Assembly: GCF_963921235.1 (NCBI RefSeq)
Contig: NC_086102.1
Coordinates: 155,000,001-155,064,000, forward strand
From: Mobula hypostoma
Lineage: Eukaryota
Length of the DNA: 64,000 bases
Direction: 5' to 3'
In this document: positions 52,201-64,000 of the stretch, one piece after another
Position numbering within the stretch: the first letter of the stretch is position 1
Layout: each line of letters opens with the position of its first letter
The notes under the pieces: model-generated
Database searches by the model: none
What the model saw: only the letters and a program-made list of their open reading frames with translations
What the model was told of the DNA's origin: nothing
Made by a program: the position numbers and the translations under genes

Positions 52201-53109
52201 ATTGATGATATCCAGGAAGTGGGCTCCTAGACTCATTAAGACTGATGAGAACAGACCAAAATTTCCAAGGCTAATCGGTGTAATGTACTTGTTTATTGAA
52301 GCTGTGCTGCTGCTCTTCCCTGATGCTTTATGCCGGCTACAAGTTGGTATCTATTGCAGCTAGGACACTCAGCAAATATTTACTGTATTCAGCTTATTTT
52401 CAAAATCAATTTGTTGAAGTGCTTATTGTATTCCCAGTCAAATTAAAGTGTTATAAAATATTGCACAGTGAATTCAAGGAAATATAAAGTGGAGATGAAT
52501 TGAATGGTAGGTAAGGGAGTTATTTCCTAAGTACAAATTATGAATCCACTTAGTGTATCAAATCACATGGCAGAAGTAGAATGGTCAAGGCTCTAATGAG
52601 ATTTACATGATCTTAAACAAGCATATCATGTAGTACTTTCATTCACCATTGTTACGTTATGTAACTCCAAAGCATAAAACTAATTCAAGGAAAAACAAAA
52701 CAACTGAGCCCAAGAGATGCATGTAAACTTCATTTTTACTTTAAGTGAGGCAGGCACTTATGACTTTGTGGCATATGCCATTCACATACTTTTAAATATA
52801 ACACGTATATAATACAACTACTATATAGACATCCACAGCATAGTAAATTTTAAATTGTTCTATTCTGGCCTAAAAATTTAATCGATGTGGAGGATTTCTT
52901 ATTCTTGTGGGATAATATCTTTGTTGACAAAAGGGGTCACTGTGCTTGGCAGGTGAGATGTGGCTGTGAAGCAAACTCATTTCTGGGGCCTCTTCCATAG
53001 TGGTTGTAGGAGTTGATTCTGGGACTGCAGGAAGTGGTTTCTAACAGCTCTGGACATATTTCCCCTGGATGCATTGGCATCCTGAACAGCGTATGATAAG
53101 ATGCTCATG

Positions 53110-53542
53110 CAGCACACATGAAAGTTGCTGGTAAACGCAGGAGGCCAGGCAGCATCTCTAGGAAGAGGTACAATCGACGTTTCCGGCCGAGACCCTTCAT
53201 CAGGACTAACTGAAAGAAGAGCTGGTAAGAGATTTGAAAGTGGGAGGGGGAGGGGGAGACCTGAAATGATAGGAGAAGACAGGAGGGGGAGGGATGGAGC
53301 CAAGAGTTGGAAAGGTGATTGGCAAAAGGGCTATGAGAGGATCATGGGACAGGAGGCCTAGGGAGAAAGAAAAAGGGGGAGGGGGGGAAAACCCAGAGGA
53401 CAGGCAAGGGGTATAGTGAGAGGCACAGAGGGAGAAAAAGGAGAGAGAGAAAAAGAATGTGTGTATATAAATAAATAATGGATGGGGTACAAGGGGGAGG
53501 TGGGGCATTAGCAGAAGTTAGAGAAGTTAATGTTCATGCCAT
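53110..53542 (-). mobile_element. PLE 3' fragment
   Basis: Closely similar to 6931-7355. Confidence 0.85.
53171..53208 (-). ncRNA. Minimal hammerhead motif (core intact)
   Basis: Minus strand reads TAGTC CTGATGA AGGGTCTCGGCCG GAAACGTC GATTG; stem I is kept through G-U pairs. Confidence 0.7.
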
Positions 53543-53685
53543 CTGCTGATCTACCCCAGGCCTCCAGACAAAGTTTCAAGCTGACACTTTCATTTTGACT
53601 ATGCCTAGATGACCAAAGTGTAGCTGATCCCACACCTTAATATGCCCAGAAGAATGGTTTTGGTTCTAAATTTTCTTATGTTATT

Positions 53686-54425
53686 GAATTGAATTGAATT
53701 GACTTTAATACTTACATCCTTTATATACATGAGGATTGAAGGTCTTTACGTTACACCTCCGTCTAATTGTGAAATGTGCAATTTATAGTAATTTGTAATA
53801 AATAGTATGTACAACAGGATGGTTAATATAACATAGAAATACAGTTGTGCCAGCATGAATTAAGCAGTCTGATGGTCTGGTGGAAGAAGCTGTCCCGGAG
53901 CATATTGGTCTTGACTTTTAAGCTGCAGTACCGTTTCCCGGATGGTAGCAGCTGGAACAGTTGGTGATTGGAGTGATCGAGTCCCCAATAATCCTTTGGG
54001 CCCATTTTACACACCTGTCTTTGAAAATGTCCTGAATAGTGGGAAATTCACATCTACAGCTGCGCTGTGCTGTCCACACCACTCTCTGCAGAGTCCTGCG
54101 ATTGAGGGATGTACAGCTCCCATACCAGGCAGTGATGCATCTAGTCAGGATGCTCTCAATCGTACTCCTATAGAAAGTTCTTTGGATTTGGGGACCCACA
54201 CCAAATTTCTTCAATCGTTTGAGGTGAAAGAGACATTGTTGTTCTTTTTTCACCACACATCCGGTATGTACAGACCACATGAGATCCTCGGTGATGTTTA
54301 TGCCGAGGAACGTAAAGCTGTTCACCCTCTCAACCCCAGATCCGTTAATGTCACTAGGGGCTAGCGTCAATAGGGGGTAGCCTGTTTCCATTCTTCCTGT
54401 AGTCTACAACCAGCTCCTTTGTTTA
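53686..54425 (-). mobile_element. Rex1/Babar-like LINE 3' fragment
   Basis: VERVNSFTFLGINITEDL...FYRSTIESILTRCITAWYG; (attga)n tail. Confidence 0.85.
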
Positions 54426-54892
54426 CTTTTATGATATCAACAAAGCTCATTTTGGCTTGTTTTGTTGGAGCAGTCAAACATCTAAGCAAACAGTATGCCT
54501 TTAAACCCACAGCTCTCCACTAAACTGAAGTGTAGTGGGTTAAATTCACTTTTCATTAGCCATTTCATTTGCTTGAAAATATTGCTCAATTTGTTCTGTA
54601 TAGAAATTTCAATTACCTCATGTGCAATCAAGTGCACCTATCCTTCTGATGCAGCTAGCCATTTTTGCTTTTTTAAAAAATTATGTAAATCCAGTACTTA
54701 CTGTTCACAAAGCTATGAATTCATCCATTTTTTGCCTTTTAAAAAAATTGACTATCTTTGTTCCTTCCTGAAGAAGCAAATGGTGCATTAGTTTTTTACT
54801 CAAATGTTTCTTGCTACAGATTAAAAAAAACTCAAATGTCTCACTACACTTCAACAGGTAGGCAATTATCTCAGTTTCGTTTAAAACACTCA

Positions 54893-55243
54893 TTTTTATG
54901 CACACATTCTTTCTCTCACTCTCCTTTTTCTCCCTCTGTCCCTCTGAATATACCTCTTGCCCATCCTCTGGGTCACCCCCCCCTTGTCTTTCTTCCCAGA
55001 CCTCCTGTCCCATGATCCTCTCGTATCCCCTTTTGCCTATCACCTGTCCAGCTCTCGGCTCTATCCCTCCCCCTCCTGTCTTCTCCTATCATTTTGTATC
55101 TCCCCCTCCCCCTCCAGCTTTCAAATCCCTTACTCACTCTTCCTTCAGTTAGTCCTGACGAAGGGTCTTGGCCTGAAACGTCGACTGCACCTCTTCCTAT
55201 AGATGCTGCTTGGCCTGCTGCGTTCACCAGCAACTTTGATGTA
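54893..55243 (+). mobile_element. PLE 3' fragment
   Basis: Closely similar to 9446-9807. Confidence 0.85.
55150..55187 (+). ncRNA. Minimal hammerhead motif (intact)
   Basis: TAGTC CTGACGA AGGGTCTTGGCCT GAAACGTC GACTG; predicted cleavage after 55182. Confidence 0.8.
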
Positions 55244-55407
55244 TATTCATTGCCATTGTTATGTTTTTGGACTTCAAAGCCCAAAACTATTTGAAAGAAA
55301 AACAGGCGATCCTGACAGATTTCATAAACTTTGTTTTTAAGTGAGCTGCCCATTTGTGACATGATGACATAATGATGTGTGCCATTCACATACTTCTACG
55401 ATTTTTT

Positions 55408-56025
55408 AAAACTGGACTGGTCAAAGAACACTGAGGCTGTCTACAAGAAGGGTCAGAGCCGTCTCTACTTCCTGAGGAGACTGAGGTCCTTTAACATCTG
55501 CCGGACGATGCTGAGGATGTTCTACGAGTCTGTGGTGGCCAGTGCTATCATGTTTGCTGTTGTGTGCTGGGGCAGCAGGCTGAGGGTAGCAGACACCAAC
55601 AGAATCAACAAACTCATTCATAAGGCCAGTGATGTTGTGGGGATGGAACTGGACTCTCTCACGGTGGTGTCTGAAAAGAGGATGCTGTCTAAGTTGCATG
55701 CCATCTAGGTCAATGTCTCCCATCCACTACATAATGTACTGGGTGGGCACAGGAGTACATTCAGCCAGAGACTCATTCCTCCGAGATGCAGCACAGAGCG
55801 TCATAGGAAGTCATTCCTGCCTGTGGCCATCAACTTTACAACTCCTCCTTTGGAGGGTCAGACACCCTGTGCCGATCGGCTGGTCCTGGACTTAGTTCAT
55901 AATTTACATATTACTATTTAACTATTTATGGTTATATGACTATTTATTATTTATAGTGCAACTGTAACGAAAACCAATTTCCCCCTGGGATCAATAAAGT
56001 ATGACTATGACGATGACTATGACTA
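55408..56025 (+). mobile_element. Rex1/Babar-like LINE 3' fragment inserted in a Gypsy LTR
   Basis: KLDWSKNTEAVYKKGQSRLYFLRRLRSF...FYESVVAS; gggatcaataaagt(atgact)n tail. Confidence 0.85.
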
Positions 56026-57114
56026 ATCTGTAAGAAATATATAAACAACAAAGAATGCTTAATCAACAACGTATTTACAATATTACTGAAAAATTAAATA
56101 CACAACAACCGTCTTCTCCTGCATGTTTTATACTTGGAGATTGTGGTTTAAATTAAGGTTGTTAATACAGAGCATATTGTGTTTCTGATCTTCTGAATAA
56201 CTGTTTTAATCTAGAAATGTAATATATCTGAGTATCTATTTAACTTGCATCATGAAGTCTTTAGATAGCGGTACTAAGTGTGAAAAAATTTTGAGATTGG
56301 CTTTCTGTGGAGAATGTTAAATAACAGCTCAAAATTTGTGAGAGTGGGGGAGATTGGAAACAAATTTATTTCTTCCAAAATAAAACTTTATAATACTTGC
56401 ACAGATATTTACTTCAAAAACTATAACACATTTTGTTCTTTAATATTCTTATTACTACCAAATTTCAGTTGTTAGTTCCTAACTGATATTTGGTTATTTC
56501 CAAAGATGCTAATAATTCTTGCAAGCAAAAATGAGAATAAAGTTTAATAGGGTAAATTACTATGGGGATAGATCACAATTTGGAAGTTATCTTAAAGTTG
56601 TACAAGTTTCAATAGGTACATTTAATGTCAGAAAAATGTATACAACAGACATTCTGGAATTTTTTTTCTTCGCAAACATCCACGAAAACAGAGGAATGCT
56701 CCAAAGAATGAATGACAGTTAAATGTTAGAACCCCAAAGACCCCCTCAGCTCCCCCTTCCCAAACACATATAAAAGCTTCATCAGAGAACAGATGAAGCC
56801 GCTAACAGACCATAATGTAAAAAAAGATATTGGTGCACTAAAGTACATAAAAATGATTGAATTGGCTGGATACCTTATGTCAATATTATTGCAATGACCT
56901 TTTCACCAGCCCAGTATCTGGAGAGCTATACAATTACAATAGTTGACAAAGTGAACATAAAAAAGACCTGAAATAGATGGCATAAATATTAATAGATCCA
57001 GAATAATTTTCAGGAGAACTTTCTCTACCTAGATGACATTTGGAATGTACAAATTGATACGCGTAGAGTAACTAAGTGGAATAGCATGTCAGGTTTGTTA
57101 AGGAGCAACTAGAT

Positions 57115-58309
57115 CAGCGGTCCCCAACCACCGGGCCGTGGACCGGTACCAGGCCGCAAAGCATGTGTTACCGGGCCGCGAGGAAACAATATGAGAGTCA
57201 GCTGCACCTTTCCTCATTCCCTGTCACGCCCTCTGTTGAACTTGAACGCATGCGAAGTCATTACCCACACGTCATCCATGTCAGCGCGGGAAGGAGATCA
57301 ACTCCTGGAGTTTGCAGATGATGGCGGGCTGAAAAGTATGTTTGAAATAACATCTCTGCCGGCATTCTGGATCAATGTCAAGGCTAAATATCCTGAGATA
57401 GCCACGAAAGCACTGAAAACGTTGCTTCCATTTCCAACATATCAGTGCAATGAATGCAATGAAAACTAAACTGAGGAGTAGACTGGACATAAGGAACCCC
57501 CTTCGAGTATCGCTGTCTCCCATCACCCCTTGATAGGACCGTCTTGTTGCAGGAAAACAAGCCCAGGGCACCCACTGATTCAGTGATATTGGTGTGTTGT
57601 AATGATTTTATATGTTCATGCAGGGAAAGTATATGCTGTGTGTTTAATATCCAAACGTTACTTAAAATGTTATGATGCTATTGACTTACTTATATAACCA
57701 TATAACAATTACAGCACGGAAACAGGCCATCTCTGCCCTTCTAGTCTGTGCCAAATGCTACTCTCATCTAGTCCCACCGACCTGCACTCAGCCAATAACC
57801 CTCCATTCCTTTCCTGTCCATATACCCATCCAATTTTTCTTTAAATGATAATATCGAACCTGCCTATACCACTTCTACTGGAAGTTCGTTCAACACTTAC
57901 TTCAAGCTCCCCTGATAATTGACTTATCACTATATTCATGCGAGGAAAATATGCGCTGTGTGTTTAATATTAAATTCATTAGATAAACCCTTTTCGAAAC
58001 GAAATTGAGTGTATTAGCTAATTACAATCTATATTCCAGTTGTGATTAACACTCCCCCCCCGCCAAACAGAATTGCCAAAAATGATTTGTAGAAAGAAAT
58101 ATTGGCACGTACACGCATGCGCACTGGTGCCTGCACAAGGCTTCATGGTCTTTGTCGTCTTTCTCGGGGTAAACACAACGTATTTGACTGCTACTCTTAT
58201 CCGTTGGCAACCCTACCACTCCCCCCCCACCCCCGCCGGGTCGGCCAGTCCGCAAGAATATTGTCAATATTAAACTGGTCCGCAGTGCAAAAAAGGTTGG
58301 GGACCCCTG
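57115..58309 (+). mobile_element. hAT-Charlie-type non-autonomous DNA transposon
   Basis: TIRs cagcggtccccaacc and ggttggggacccctg; perfect 8-bp TSD aactagat at 57107-57114 and 58310-58317. hAT dimerisation remnant LPAFWINVKAKYPEIATKALKTLLPFPT. A CR1 tail is nested at 57692-57894 with an acttactt duplication. Confidence 0.92.
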
Positions 58310-58389
58310 AACTAGATAAATGCAGGAGGTTAACAGGAATGGAAGGGTACATTCAAATTTGGAATGGAAACAATGTTTTGGGTTGATGA

Positions 58390-61300
58390 GTTGTACCTTA
58401 TTTGAGGGACTACAATATCCTCACAGGGAGGTTGCCTAGCGCTACTTCGGACGGATTAAACTAGAGTGGCAGGGGTTGGGACCCAGAGCAGCAGGTCAAC
58501 AAGTGGAGGAATTGAGGGGAAACTCAATGTTATAGCCAGTAGATTTAAAGGAAGGACAGGCAAGAAGAGGTTAAAGAACACAGTGGGACTGATGGATTGA
58601 ATTGTGCTTATTTCAATGTAGGGAGTGAAATAGATAAAGCAGATGATTTAAGAGCCTGGATCACTGCATGGAACTATGATGTTGTGGTCATTACAAAGTG
58701 GCAAGAGCAATAGACCTGGCAGTGTTTTTCCTCATTTTGATGTGACACAGAGGGAGGTAAAAAAGGTACAGCAGTTACATTGCTAATCTGGAAGAATGTC
58801 TTGCTGTTCTCCCAGTAAACATACTGGACGACTCATGCACTGAGGTAATATAGGTGGATCTCAGTGGGTGATCCCTCTAGTATGTCCTCTCTGAGCTCCA
58901 AAATAAGAAAGATGCTATCACATTGATGGGATTTTAGTGTAAACCTTCTAATAGCAACTGGGAGAAAGAAGAACAGATATGCAGATGAATATGGAAAGAT
59001 GTAAAAGCAATAGAGTTGCTTCAGTGGGTGACTTCCATAATATTGGCTGGGACTTCTTGAGTCAAGGGTCTTAGATGGAGCAGAATTTCTTAGGTGTATT
59101 CAAAAGCGTTTCTGGAAACAGTACTTGGATAATACTTGGATCATACTGGAATTTGTTCCAGGAGATCAGCCCAGCCAAGCTGATCTCCTGGAACTTTCTA
59201 TTTAAAACTAGGCCTTTAAGTAGATAGTATTTTGGGAACAGTGATCACACTTTCTTAATTTTTAAGATAGTTATGAATAAGGCTAAGTCTGGACCTTGTG
59301 AGAAAGTACTAAATTGGGAGAAGGCAAATTATGACATTATTAGACAAGAGCAGGAGAGATTTAATTAGGAACAGCTGTTATCAGGCAAATTGGTATCTGA
59401 CATGTGGGGGTTGTTCAAACACTAGCTGATCAGAGTTCAGGCCTGGCATGTTCTGGTAAGGAGTAAGGACAAGTAGGGCAAGGTAAGGGAACCTTGAATG
59501 ATGAGAAAGGTTGTAAATGCAGTCAAGAAGGAAAAAGGAAGCGTATGTAAGGTTTAGGAAACTGAACTTGAGGAATATAAAGCAAGCAGGTAAGAAGTGA
59601 AGTAATGTATTAGGATGTCCAAAAGGGAGCATTAAATGTCCTTGGCAAGAAGGGTTAAAAAAAAACCAAAGCATTTTATACTAGCAGTAAAAACCAGAGG
59701 GTAACTGGGGTGTAGATAGTACCACTCAAGAGAAAAGAAGCAATTTATGCCTGGAGTCAGAGGTTGTGGGTGAGGTACTACCCAAGTAATTTCATATTCA
59801 CCCAGCAGAGCAACATTGGGTGTACTGTTGTGCCAGAGCATTTTGAGTCTCTTGGTCTCTTGAAGAGCATTTAGATGTATAAGTCCTTGAAGCCTCATGG
59901 GATAAATCCCAGGTTACTGAAAGAGGCAACAGAGAGTATTGCTGGGGCCTTGATGAAAAATTTTGTATCCTCACTAGCAGTAGGCAAGGTCCCAGAGGAC
60001 CGGAGAATAACTAATGTTTCTTCTTTGTTCAAAAAGTGAAATGGGGATAATCCAGGAAATTATAGACTGGTGAGTTTGGAGAAGATTCTTAGAGATAGGA
60101 ATTACATGCATTTTGAAAGGTATGGTGTGATTAGGGGCAGTCAACATGGTTTTGTGTGAGGCAGGTCATGTCTTAATAACTTGATTGAGTGTTTGAGGAG
60201 GTGCCAATGTGATTGATGAGGGTAAGGCAGTAGATGCTGTCTACATGGATTTTACTAAGACATTTGACAAAATCCCTCAAGGTAGAGAATTAAGATGCAT
60301 GGTGATTTAGTAGTTTGGATTCAGATTTGGCCTGCCTGTAGAAGACAGAGGGCAGTGATACAATATGTTATTCTGGCTAGAGGTCCATTATGAGTGGTTT
60401 TCTGCAGGGGTTTCTGTGTTGTGGCTTGGATGGAAATGTTGATGGGTGAGTTATTACGTTTGCAAATGACAAAAAGATTGGTGGAGCTGAGGACAGTGAC
60501 GAAGGTTGCCAAAAAATTTAGCAGGATATAGATTAGAACCTGACATCAGAACATCCTATAAGAGAGTGAACCATTGCAAGGTGTCAGGCCCCAGTGGTGT
60601 ACATGACAGAGTACTGAAAACCTGCGCCAATTAACTGGCTGGAGTGTTCAAGGATATCTTCAACCTCTGACTGCCGCAGTAGGAGGTTCCAACTTGCTTC
60701 AAAATGGCATCAATCACACTGGTGCTGAAGAAGAACAAAGTGAGCTGCCTCACTGACAATTGCCTGGTAGCTTTCATATCCACTGTGATAAAATGCTTTG
60801 AGAGGTTGCTGATGGTTCAAATTAACTCCTACCTGAGCAAAGACCTGGCCCACTGCACATTAGGTCTAAAGTGGGCAGTATCTTACTGGCTCAGCATTCA
60901 ACACCATCATCCCTACATTACTAATAAAAACCTTCAAAACCTGGTTCTTCTGCGACTGGACCTTTGACTTCTTTATTGGGAGAACACAGTCAATGTATAT
61001 CAGTAATGACATCTCTTATTGCTGAAAATCGACACAGGCGTATCTCAAGGATGGTGACTGTACAGGAAGTAGAGCAGTGGGCTGAGAATCGTTGAGGTGT
61101 TCCTGTGTCAATTGTCAGTGACAACAGTGGTGTCATCGGCGAGGCACGGCTCAAACTGCTGTACTCCTGCCGCCAAACAACAGCTTTCACAACCAAAGGC
61201 AGTAAGAGAATTCTGATCAGTTACAGATATGGGCAGACAAATGGCACCTGGAGTTTAATCCATGTAAGTCTGAGGAGTTGCATTTTGGGAGGTCAAATGT

Positions 61301-62010
61301 AAAGGGAAAGTATAATGGCAGGATCCTTAACAGGATTCATATAGAGCTAGATCTTGGAGTCCAAGTCCAGAGCTCCCTAAAAGTGGCCATCCAAGTAGAT
61401 ATAGTTGTTTTCATTGGTTGGGACATTGAGTATAAATGTAACAAATTCACGTTGCAGCTATTTTAAACTTTGAGTAGACCGCACTTACAGCTTTGCATAC
61501 AATCCTGGTCACTCCATTACAGGAATGCTGTGGAAGTTTTGGAAAGGGTACAGAAGAGAATTATCTGGATGCTTCCTGGATTACAGGGTATAATCCATAC
61601 TGAGAAGTTGGACAAACTTGTCTTGTTTTCTTAGGATTTTAGGAGATTGACAGACGCCTGATAGAAGATTAGAAGATTATTATAGAAGATAAGAAGATTA
61701 TGATAAGGTAGTTAGCCAGAATCTTTTCCCAAGGTAGAAACATCAAATACTAGAGAACATGCATTTGAGGAGAGAAAGGAGATAGGTTTTTCACACTGAA
61801 AATCAGGTGGATGCCTGAAATTGTCTCCCGGGGTAGAGGTGGAAGCAGATACAATAGTGGCATTAAGAGGTTTTTAGATAGTCTCATGAATTTGCAGGGA
61901 ATGGAGGGATATGGATCATGTGCAGGCAGAAGAGATATTGTTTATTTCGGCGTTGTGTCAGGCACAGGCATTATGGACTGAAGGACCAGCTATACTGTTT
62001 TATGTTCTAT
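58390..62010 (+). mobile_element. Heavily decayed CR1 LINE with a Rex1-like fragment nested at about 60535-61215
   Basis: Collinear with 26560-30200 (APE, RT, 3' end). The nested piece has LTDNCLVAFISTVIKCFERL. Confidence 0.8.
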
Positions 62011-62761
62011 ATGATCACAAAGGTGCTTTCAGCCTCTATCAACATCACAGGATATTTCCATGCCACCAGAAAGCAGCCAGGACATCCAGTGAATATCTCA
62101 ACGAAAAGGTAATGTCTTGAACAGTGGAGAACACCCTCAGTATTCCACTGATGTTACAGAATGGAAATTTATGCCCATGTCTATGAGTCAGTGTGCTGCC
62201 TGCCAATTGAAGGGCACCTGGCACTTACACAAGATCTCATCAATTTAATAACTGCAAAAAGTACTTCCATCTGCATTTTCGGAAGGAGCAGAAACTCTCT
62301 GACAGCAGCTTTCTGAATTTCCCCAGAAGTTCCTGTCAATTTCACAGGGCGAGGGTTGTGAAGCTGACAGTTTTGATGACACTATTACTAAGAAATCTGG
62401 ACCTCTGTCTTTCATATCAGTAATATATTCGCTGGCATCCCTGTTTGAACTCCCAAATAAATTGCATTTATGCTATTCAGGTAAAAACAAACTATTCCCT
62501 TTTTCCACAATAGCCCTAAGCAGGCTCATGTTCTTGTTTGTTTGAACTCACATGAGTCATCAAACAGACTATCTTTACACCCACTTAGTTTCTGTGAGCA
62601 AATTAATAGTGGACTACCTATGAAAGGGCGGAAAAGAAGTAAAGAAATATCTATCTATCATTGAGTTTGAAGTTCATGATTTGACTTGCAAATTTGTTTT
62701 ATGTTGTTTGTAAAATTGAACTAAATATAACATTAAAGTCTAGAAATTCAATTATTTATTT

Positions 62762-62980
62762 AACACAAACACGAGAAAGTCTGCAAATGCTGGAAATCCA
62801 AGCAGCACACTCAAAATGCTGGAGGAACTCAGCAAGCCAGGCAGCATCTATGGAAAGGAGTAAATAGTCAACAGGTAAACAGGTCCTGATGAAGGGTTTC
62901 AGTCCAAAACGTCAACTGTTTACTCTTTTCCATAGATGCTGCCCGGCCTACTGACTTCCTCCAGCATTATGTTTATGTGG
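62762..62980. mobile_element. About 220-bp fold-back mini-element made only of PLE termini; decayed hammerhead at 62881-62918 (+)
   Basis: atgctggaggaactcagc...gcagcatctatggaaaggagtaaa is inverted against tttactcttttccatagatgctgc...ttcctccagcat. Flanking duplication attcaattattta at 62746-62758 and 62981-62993. Confidence 0.75.
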
Positions 62981-63348
62981 ATTCAATTATTTAACATTTT
63001 TTTTAAGCACAACATGAAATGAGACTGAAATAGGTGAAATTTTGCCAACCACCAAACTGGATGCAGCATTACCACATGCAGCAAACATCCTGCTAGAAGA
63101 ACTCAGCTGGAGCAGCATTTATATGAGGAAAGTAATCGTCAGCATTTCAAGCTGAAACTTTGAGTTGATGCTGGGACTCACCATCCTTTGAAGGATAGCA
63201 TCTTGAAGACCCAGGCCCTCTGAGAGAAAAAGATTTAGCATCATCGGTGACTTATAAAGACAACTCATTATTTTTAAACTATGACCTCAGTTCAATATCC
63301 TCCACAAATTCACCCCGTCAACACCTACAAATTTCAAAGCTCAAATCT

Positions 63349-64000
63349 TCAAAGTTCAAAGTAAATTTATTCACAAAGTACATATGTCACCATATACTAC
63401 CCTTAGATTCATTTTCTTGCTGGCGTTCACAATAGAATCCATGATATAACTACATACAAAGATTGTGAAACAGCCAGTGTTAGTGTTGAAAAGAAGACAA
63501 ACTATGCAAATACAAAAAAGTGAAGAATAAATAAATAATATTGAGAACATAAGTTGTAGAGTCCTTGAAAATGAGTCTATAGGTTGTAGAGTAAGTTCAG
63601 AGTATGAAGTTATCCATACTGGTTCAGGAGACTGATGGTTGAGGGATAATAACTGTTCCTGAACCTAGTGGTGTGAGTTCTAAGGCTTTTGGATCTTCCT
63701 CCTGGTGGCAGCAACATGAAGAGAGCATGACCTAGTGGTGGGGGACCCTGATGATGGATGCTGCTGCCTTGTGTTAGTGCTTTTTGTTGTTGTGTTCAGT
63801 GGAGGGCTTTGCCTCTGACGGACTGAGCTGTATCCACCACTTTTTGCGGGCTTTTCCTTACTTGGGCATTGGTGTTTCCGTACCAGATCATGATGTAACC
63901 GGTCAGAATACCCACAACCTTGCATCCACTGAAGTTTGTCAACTTTCAGATGACATGCCGAATCTGCACAAACTTCTAAGGGCGTAGAGGCGTCGTTTCA
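63349..64000 (-). mobile_element. Rex1/Babar-like LINE 3' part, running off the window
   Basis: ttcaaagttcaaagtaaatttatt tail shared with copies at about 23023 and 24242; RT C-terminal remnant near 63700-64000. Confidence 0.65.

Larger units (their letters stand above)
52650..56107 (-). mobile_element. Second Gypsy-like element of the same family, with four nested insertions
   Basis: LTR-like segments start at 52650 and span 55257-56107, homologous to those at 42478 and 45498. TSD accat/accgt. Internal segments 52810-53050 and 54425-54890 match the first copy; an integrase-like remnant lies at about 53545-53640. Confidence 0.8.

Noticed and set aside
6925-55389. Recurring ORFs MLVNAAGQAAS..., MILSYPFCQS... 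and MEPRAGQ... as a multicopy gene family
   Set aside because: They are incidental frames over the purine/pyrimidine-skewed PLE 3' UTR on both strands; their ends vary between copies and most start at non-ATG codons.
1-64000. CRISPR arrays, operons, rRNA or true tRNA genes
   Set aside because: No regularly spaced repeat-spacer array or prokaryotic gene organisation; the tRNA-like A/B boxes belong to SINE heads.

Overview
This is eukaryotic vertebrate genomic DNA, most likely from a cartilaginous fish (inferred from the repeat content). The only host gene is calcrl (calcitonin receptor-like receptor, a class B1 GPCR) on the + strand. Ten coding exons lie between 1323 and 33644. All have canonical AG/GT boundaries and consistent phases, and they join into one open frame (1214 nt including the stop). 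The first coding exons lie upstream of the window. Introns and the downstream region are filled with decayed mobile elements: CR1 and Rex1/Babar-like LINEs, tRNA-derived SINEs, Tc1/mariner and hAT elements, two sibling Gypsy LTR elements and many Penelope-like elements (PLEs). Three things stand out. (1) A minimal type I hammerhead ribozyme motif (TAGTC-CTGAYGA-stem II-GAAACGTC^GACTG) sits in the 3' end of the PLE copies. There are about 12 copies from two PLE lineages, several with an intact core. Some lie in fold-back (palindromic) insertions that put a hammerhead on each strand inside calcrl introns. (2) An intronless RBM25 mRNA fragment occupies the place of the pol core inside one Gypsy element. 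(3) Weaker leads are an HDV-ribozyme-like fold at an RTE-like 5' end, a 15-nt echo of the TM7 micro-exon, and an unexplained 151-aa ORF. Hammerheads in PLEs are a known phenomenon in general; whether these particular copies are described or active cannot be judged from sequence alone. Family assignments come from motif recognition, not database searches.
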